A DNA stretch of 63,899 nucleotides, filler included, from Neophaeotheca triangularis (Eukaryota): the NCBI GenBank assembly GCA_054600435.1. It is 4 parts of 4 records of this genome, joined end to end, with 100 filler letters (N's around TTAATTAATTAA, not from the genome) between each part and the next. Parts side by side here need not be neighbours in the genome. Positions count along the whole stretch, not along the records: positions 52,729 to 62,693 come from BAAIJX010000125.1; positions 62,794 to 63,899 come from BAAIJX010000136.1; 2 more parts are not named here. One strand, written 5' to 3'. The notes below the pieces were generated by a model. It made no database searches. It saw nothing but the letters and a program-made list of their open reading frames with translations, and was not told where the DNA came from. Of this stretch, positions 56,955 through 63,899 are shown piece by piece. Position 1 is the first letter of the stretch; each line of letters starts with the position of its first letter. A program made the translations under genes and the position numbers.

Positions 56955-58481
56955 ATGGCCACCTACACGACAGGCATGACACAGACCATGACCTGCACTT
57001 CTTCCACCCCTCTCGAGTCCCACGAGGAACCCACCCTGGGCGCCACCTCGGGCGCTTATCTCGACTTCGACCGCGAAAGAGCGCTTAAGCGACGCCGCCA
57101 TTCCTCCTACAATCCGCGATCATGGAGCAGCGAGCGCGACAACATCCAGCTGGTCGTCGATCGCTTCCTGGCAGATCTAGGCCGAAGGTTGGAGATGATG
57201 GAGACGTATGGCCATCTGAAGATTGACGAGGGTATGAAGGCTGCCTTGAGCACGCTGCACGCCGTTCATGACAGCTGCACGCACGTGGGCGACGAAGTAA
57301 TTGACGCGGGAAGGAGGAGGGCGAAAGTGCTCGTCGACATACTCGAAGCACGTTACCGAGGGGCGTTGGCACGGAAAGAGACTCTCGAACAAAAGGCCCA
57401 AGAAGGAATCAAGATGATGGAGGGTATCCTCACAGACTTTGAGCGCAAAGCATACGACATGCGACAAGCCTACTTCACCTCCTCTGCCTCCGAAATGCTA
57501 GACTCGGGCAAAGCCTACATGGACAACGCCTCCACCAAGGCTTCCGAAATCATCCACGAAGGTGCCGACGCCGCTCGCCGCGCCAAAGAGCGCGCGCGCC
57601 TCAAGGTCGAAGCCGCCATTGCCCATGCCCGCGAACACGGCCTCATCACCTACGACCACCTTCCCGAACCCTGGCGCATGAATCCCCACATTGTCAAAGG
57701 CTATCGCTTCTCCGAAACCAAAGCAGAATGCATCCGCTCCTGTTTCACCCTGAGCAACGAGCTCGTGAACATCTGGTCCCACGCCATCGGCCTAGTCATC
57801 GTCCTAGCTATTGCCTTCTACTTCTACCCCCTAACCCCAGCCTTCACTTCGGCCTCCAACACCGACATCCTCATCGCCGGCGTCTTCTTCTTCGCCGCCG
57901 CCAAGTGCCTCGTCTGCAGCACCGTCTGGCACACCATGAACAGCATCTGCCATCAAACCCTGATGGAACGCTTTGCCTGCGTCGACTACACGGGCATCTC
58001 CCTCCTCGTCGCCGCCTCCATCATGACAACCGAATACACAGCCTTCTACTGCGAACCGACCTCGCGCTGGCTCTACCTCTCCATGACTCTCGCCCTCGGC
58101 ACAGCCGGCACCATCCTCCCCTGGCACCCAACTTTCAACCGCGCCGACATGGCCTGGGCCCGCGTCGGCTTCTACGTCTCCCTCGCCGCCACTGGCTTCC
58201 TTCCAGTCGCACAACTGACAATGGAGCGCGGCCTCGCCGAAGTCATCTACTTCTACGCCCCAATTACCAAATCCGTCGCCGTCTACCTCGTCGGCGCGCT
58301 CCTGTACGCCGCCAAAATCCCCGAGCGCTTCTGCCCCGGCGGTTTCGACTACGTCGGTGGCAGCCACAATATCTGGCATTTGGCGGTCTTGGGCGGGATC
58401 TTGTTCCACTACTCCGCCATGCAGAGTTTTTTCGTCGAAGCCTTTAGGAGGGCCGAGGAGGTCGGGTGCTCGGTTTACTAG
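56955..58481 (+). CDS. PAQR/hemolysin-III family membrane protein (Izh-like, long N-terminus)
   Basis: PW..NPHIVKGYR, SNELVNIWSH, STVWHT, DYTGIS, PERFCPGGFDYVGGSHNIWH. Confidence 0.92.
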   Translation: MATYTTGMTQTMTCTSSTPLESHEEPTLGATSGAYLDFDRERALKRRRHSSYNPRSWSSERDNIQLVVDRFLADLGRRLEMMETYGHLKIDEGMKAALSTLHAVHDSCTHVGDEVIDAGRRRAKVLVDILEARYRGALARKETLEQKAQEGIKMMEGILTDFERKAYDMRQAYFTSSASEMLDSGKAYMDNASTKASEIIHEGADAARRAKERARLKVEAAIAHAREHGLITYDHLPEPWRMNPHIVKGYRFSETKAECIRSCFTLSNELVNIWSHAIGLVIVLAIAFYFYPLTPAFTSASNTDILIAGVFFFAAAKCLVCSTVWHTMNSICHQTLMERFACVDYTGISLLVAASIMTTEYTAFYCEPTSRWLYLSMTLALGTAGTILPWHPTFNRADMAWARVGFYVSLAATGFLPVAQLTMERGLAEVIYFYAPITKSVAVYLVGALLYAAKIPERFCPGGFDYVGGSHNIWHLAVLGGILFHYSAMQSFFVEAFRRAEEVGCSVY

Positions 58482-59524
58482 GACTGCGTTGAGCGCTGAG
58501 ACGTCAGATGGCGGTCTTGTGCTTTCTGATGTGCGTTACGAGCGTCGGTGTTGTTGGATACCTCTTTCCTTTTGGGGGTTTTTGGCTTTGGCAAAAGTTC
58601 CTTCGGTCCAGGTGGGTACGAGCTGGGAAGATGAGACTTTTATCGGTTGTCTTTGCGGTCATGTGTCGATAGAGGCTTTTTATCTATCGAGGAAACTTGA
58701 AGCTGATATCAGATGAAGCTCATTTCTGCTTTGTTCCATCCTTGTTCAGCGTGCCGCCAATGGGGATGCGCGACAGTTTATCCTTTTAATACCTCCTCGA
58801 GAGAAACAAGTCAAATAGGACGTGTGGTTCTATTTTGTTGGTTTCTAGGACCGCCGTAATGATTCATAGGGACAGTCGGGGGCCAATAATCTAGCAGCGA
58901 GACGGAGATTCAGTGCCGTCAATCGCACTTCTTCTTGATGCTACGCAATGGTCCAATCGGCCTCTTATTATACCGCATCGGCCCCGGGACCGTCCGCTTA
59001 TCTTGGAAAATAGGGAAACACCCATGCTCTGTCATGCTTTTTGCCTTTTCTACATGCTCGATTCTCATCTTGCTCGAGACTTGATGATACATTCATCGAG
59101 CGAGCCAGGATTACTTGCTTTCAGGTCTCCCTCCACATCGGGGCGATCATGCGGGTCATCGTCAAAGGTATTGGTATCCCCGCATGCCCAGACATCTAAC
59201 TGGAAGTCATATACTTGGCCTGTCGGTACAACTACGCTCCGCAGTTCCGACAACGAATACTCACCATCGTCCCCTGTCGACCATGGCGCATAGACATATC
59301 GAGGAAGTCCCAATCCTCTTGGCTGATGAGTGCCTTTCGATCCCCGCACGCAGGCGAGCATTTCCTACTGCGCAATGGGACGTGGAGGACCGTCCGCCCA
59401 CATGCTACTTGCATGGTAAGAAGTTCTGCGAGAGAAAAATGCTACTGATAAATTCGAGGACGTTGCCTCTCCGTCGAAAAGACTCGCTCCTGTACCACGT
59501 GCTCCAACATCACTTTTACAAAAC

Positions 59525-62500
59525 ATGAGGGTCCTTCACTCGATCCTCGGAGCTCTGCAGCTCGGTGCTGTCGCTGCTCAGGGGTACAACGACACCGAAT
59601 GGCCAATACAGGACAATGGCTTGACGACACAAGTCCAATGGGACCGTTACAGCTTGATCATCAACGGCGAACGCCTCCACATGTGGAGTGGCGAGTTTCA
59701 CCCTTTCCGTCTTCCGGTCCCGGAACTATGGCCCGACGTTCTCGACAAAATGAAAGCCGCGGGCTTCAACTTCCTTTCCATCTACCTTCACTGGGGCTGG
59801 CACAGCGCAGCCGATGGAGACGTTGACTTTGAAAACGGCTCACACAATATCAGGCCCATCTACGAGTACGCCAAGCAGATAGGTCTGTACATCGTCGTTC
59901 GGCCGGGACCTTACATCAATGCCGAGTCGACTGGAGGAGGTTACCCTGGGTGGTTGCTCACCGGCGAGTATGGGTCGCTTCGGAACAATGATTCTCGCTA
60001 TACCGCTGCTTGGGAGCCTTATATGGACGAGTTCGCCCAGCTCACTCAAGAATACAGCATCACCCAAGGCGGCACCGTCGTCTTGTACCAACTCGACAAT
60101 GAGTACGGCCAACAATGGGAAGACGTCGACGAGCGTATTCCCAACAATACCGCCATCCATTACATGGAGCTGCTAGAGGAATCTACGCGTCGCAGTGGCG
60201 TTGACATGCCTACGATTCACAACAACCCAAACTTCAACACCAAGAGCTGGTCCACTGATTACGACATCAACAATGAAGGTGGCAACACCGACCTCTACAG
60301 CTTAGACCATTATCCGAGCTGTTGGTCCTGCAAACTCGAGACTTGCTCCTCGCTGCAAGGTTTTCCGCCGGAATTCACCACCTTTGACTACTACACCAAC
60401 TTCCAAGAGACCGCACCGTCTCACCCGCAGATTCTTGGTGAGTTCCAAGGAGGGAGCTACAACCCCTGGGGAGGTCCGGAGGGAGGCTGTCGCGGCAATA
60501 CCGGACCTGAATGGGCAAACGTCTATTACAGGCACAACGTGGGCAATCGGGTCACTGCGACCAACATCTACATGCTTTTTGGTGGGACCAACTGGGGTGG
60601 GCTACCATTCCCCCAGGCCATCACTTCTTACGACTACGCCGCTGGGATTCAGGAGACAAGGATGCTTTGGGACAAATACTCCGAGATGAAACTTCTCGGA
60701 TACTTCATGCGCGCCGCCAAGGGGCTGACTAGGATCGAGCTAGTCGACAACGGCACCACTGATTACAGGACCAACAATGAAGTGATCTTCGCTCAGGGGT
60801 TGCGGAACATTGATGACGAAAGCCGCTTTTACGTTGTCAAGCACGAGAATACAACAATGACCTCTCGCGAAGAATTCAAGTTGACAATGCGCACATCTGT
60901 TGGGGAGATCGAAGCACCCCAGTACGCCCCGGATATCGTCATTGACGGTCGTCAAGCGAAGATCCTCGTGACCGATTTCGCGGCCGGGGACCAGCACATC
61001 ATTTACTCGACAAGTGAGATCCTGGCCGTCTCTGCGCATCCCTCTACCATCATGGCTTTCTGGGTTCCCACGGGCGAGAGTGGCGAGTTTTACCTCAAGG
61101 ATGTGCAACATGGCAACGTAGTAAGGTGCGAGGGCTGCTCAAACATTCAGTTCCAGCCCGCAGACGACGGCTTGATTGTAGTCTTCACGCAAAACGAAGG
61201 CATGACAGTCCTTACTTTCGACAACGGCGCCCGAGCAATCATAGTCGACCGAAGCGTAGCCTACAAGATGTGGCAACCCACGCTCTCCAACGATCCCCGC
61301 GCACCGCTGGACCAGACCCTCCTTGTCCACGGGCCCGAACTCGTACGCTCTGCCAGCGTCCACGACAACTGCATTACGCTCACCGGCGACTACAACGGTA
61401 CAACCGGAATCGAGGTCTTCCCACCCTCCTGCAACGCCCACACCACTCTAACCTTCAACGGTCACACGATCAAGACCGAAACAACCTCCTATGGCAGTGT
61501 AGTCGGCACCCTACCCGGCGGCCGCTCTTCTCTCGATAAAGTCGCCGCCAGCCTCCCAGACCTTAATTCCTGGCGCGCCACGGACGCACTTCCCGAACGC
61601 CACGCAAGCTACGACGACACCGGCGCCGCCTGGGTGGCCGCCGACGCCTCAAGCACCCTCAATCCCTGGCAACCCGAAACCTACCCGGTGCTCTACGCCG
61701 ACGAATACGGCTTTCACGCGCAAAACATCCTCTGGCGCGGCCACTTCCCAGCTTCCAGTCCAGCCGACTCCGTCTTCCTCAAAGTCTTTGGCGGCGTCGC
61801 ATCGGGTTTCTCCGCCTGGCTGAACGGCCAATTCCTCGGTTCCGCGACGGGCAACGATGAGGACGAAATCACCAACGCCACGCTCGCCTTCCACGACGCC
61901 AAAAACACGGCAGACGGCGGGGAAAACGTGCTGCTCGTGCTGCAAGACCACACGGGCCACGGGCAAACGGTCAAAGCCCTCGACCCCCGCGGTATCCTCA
62001 ACGCCACTCTCCTCGGCGGCGGCAACTTCACCGAATGGCGCGTAGCGGGCAAAGCCGGCGGGCAGGACAACATCGACCCCATCCGCGGGCCCTTGAACGA
62101 AGGCGGTCTGACGGCCGAGCGCCTAGGCTGGCACCTTCCCGGTTTCGACGGGAGCGAAAGCTGGGAAGCCGACGTCTCGCCGCAGATTGGTTTCGAGGGC
62201 GCCGGAGTGCGTTTCTACCGCACCGTCGTGCCGTTGGATCTGCCCAGCGGGTACGACTACTCTCTTGCTTTCGAGCTGGAGACGCCGGACGAGGCTTTGG
62301 AAATGCGTGTACAGCTTTACGTCAATGGGTACATGTTCGGTAAGCACTTCCTCACACCCCTCTCTCCCTTCTTTCCCCTCTCTCTCGAGAGAGATCAATC
62401 GATCGCTGGCTAACTCCGACTGCTTGCAAAAAGGGAAATTCATCCCCCACATCGGTCCTCAGACTTCTTTCCCCGTCTTCCCGGGAATTCTGGATTACAA

Positions 62501-62666
62501 CGGCGACAACACCATCGGCCTGAGTGTGTGGGCGCAGAGCCCGCAAGGCGCGAGGTTGGGGGTTAGGCCGCGGGTCGGGTACATGCTTGAGAGCAGCTTG
62601 CAGGCGAGCGAGGGGACGGGGTATCTCAGGCCCGGGTGGCAAGAGGAGAGGGAGATGTACGTTTAA
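59525..62666 (+). CDS. Secreted GH35 beta-galactosidase; intron 62340-62433
   Basis: Signal peptide, SGEFHPFR, RPGPYINAE, YQLDNEY, EFQGG, YMLFGGTNWG and TSYDY. The final exon encodes GKFIPHIGPQTSFPVFPGIL. Confidence 0.95.
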
Positions 62667-62693
62667 GGGGGGGACGTAGGCAGAGGAAGGGGG

Positions 62694-62793
62694 NNNNNNN
62701 NNNNNNNNNNNNNNNNNNNNNNNNNNNNNNNNNNNNNTTAATTAATTAANNNNNNNNNNNNNNNNNNNNNNNNNNNNNNNNNNNNNNNNNNNN
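62694..62793. other. Artificial contig-joining spacer
   Basis: N44-TTAATTAATTAA-N44. Confidence 0.97.
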
Positions 62794-63049
62794 AAGGTAC
62801 TAAGCGGTTTCATTAACTACTTGTCTAGCTAACTATTAACTAAATATTTCTTCCCCTTATAGTAGTAGATGTTTCATACCCCTCGTTTATACTCTACCTA
62901 ACATCTCTATACGAGACTCGTTGTAGTATTACTAGTATGTTAAAGAAGGATAAGGTGTGAAGCGTGTTATTTTAAATGTAGAAGTATAGATATAGACTTC
63001 GTGACTAGTACTATATTTGTTCTTATATAAAAACTTCTATCTTTCTTAA

Positions 63050-63899
63050 TGCGGGGAATAGGGGTATAAGATAAATAGGGGTATAAGATAGTAATCTAGT
63101 AATTTAATAACAATATACTTCTAAATATTATGTCTTAATCAAATCGCTCTCAAACTAGTTCAAATAAGGCTAATATCTTACTAGCAATATCAGCTTTCTA
63201 GTCATACTAATACGCTAGTATATTAGTAGCTATAGCAACCTACTAGGTCTCTAAAGTAACCCTTACTCGAAGAATTAATAGAGGCACTTTAAGAGATAAT
63301 TATATACTAACTAATAAGAGACTTAGTAAGATTGAGGAAGAGATAATAGTCTAGAATATTCTAAAGCTAGATGCTTAAGGGCTATCCCCTATAATTACTC
63401 TAGTTAAAGGGATAGTAGACTTAATCTATAAAGCTAGGGGCTTATAACCTATTAGAGTTAACTAGCTAAATACCTTTATTAAAAGGACTCTAAGTCTTTA
63501 AGTTAAACTTAGAAGGATATATAAATACTAAAGGAAGCTTTATAAGGATCTAGAGATCATTAAGGCCTAGTTTAAGCTTATTAAGAACATAATCAATAAA
63601 TATAGGATCCTACTAAGGGACATATACAACTTTAATGAGGCTAGCTTCTAGATAGGATAGATATCTACTTTAAGAGTTGTTATAGATATAGGCAAATTAG
63701 GAAGGCTAAAGCAGATTAAGCTAATAAACACTAAGTAGGTTACATTGATTTAAGGAGCCTATATAGATAGCTCTATAATCCCTCCTTTTTTAGTCTTTAA
63801 GGAAAGGAGCTTAACTATACCTAGTCCTATTAAGGCTTACCTCTAATATAGACTTTTATAGTAAGCTTAAATAGCTAGATTATAGATTAGATTAGCCTC
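63050..63899 (+). mobile_element. RIP-inactivated Fot1/pogo (Tc1-mariner) DNA transposon, 5' part
   Basis: From ATG 63130, a stop-riddled HTH region (LSKIEEEIIV*NILKLDA*G). At 63601, YRILLRDIYNFNEASF*IG...IPPFLVFKG matches pogo DIYNFDETGF.MG and IPP..IFKG. A 17-bp direct repeat lies at 63057-63090. Confidence 0.85.

Noticed and set aside
58753..58761. GCCGCCAAT as a GaaR element upstream of the GH35 gene
   Set aside because: One imperfect match to TCCNCCAAT about 770 bp upstream; expected by chance.

Overview
Eukaryotic DNA from a filamentous ascomycete, probably a Dothideomycete. The evidence is short spliceosomal introns with CTAAC/CTGAC branch points, a Zn2Cys6 factor, HET-C, and RIP-mutated repeats. 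The window is four contigs joined by three artificial 100-nt spacers (N44-TTAATTAATTAA-N44), so adjacency across the spacers is not assured. Segment 1 (1-27162) is a gene-dense core region: a NIPA-like fragment, GDSL/CE16 esterase, MET2, DHFR, SFC1, twinfilin, a PRCC-like protein, PUS1, a RING-PH-vWA (Far1/Ste5-architecture) protein, ILV3 and two hypothetical proteins. Segment 2 (27263-52628) opens with an AT-rich RIP-degraded block holding a 160-bp tandem array and a foldback element with a solo-LTR-like insert. It continues with a secreted two-domain protein with TETETLPPIV repeats, an MBL-hydrolase pseudogene, a Zn2Cys6 factor divergent from an aldo-keto reductase, a large low-complexity protein, GWT1 and HET-C. 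Segment 3 (52729-62693) has GT32, GH64, PAQR/IZH and GH35 genes. Segment 4 is a RIP-inactivated Fot1/pogo transposase. No rRNA, tRNA or CRISPR array was seen. I cannot demonstrate a new multi-gene system. The best leads are the headless NIPA-like frame abutting the CE16 gene, the dumbbell secreted repeat protein beside the RIP block, a WRKY/GCM1-like (possibly transposase-derived) hypothetical protein, the foldback/LTR composite, and a recurrent intergenic TACCTAGGTA palindrome. All family assignments are from motif recognition, not database searches.
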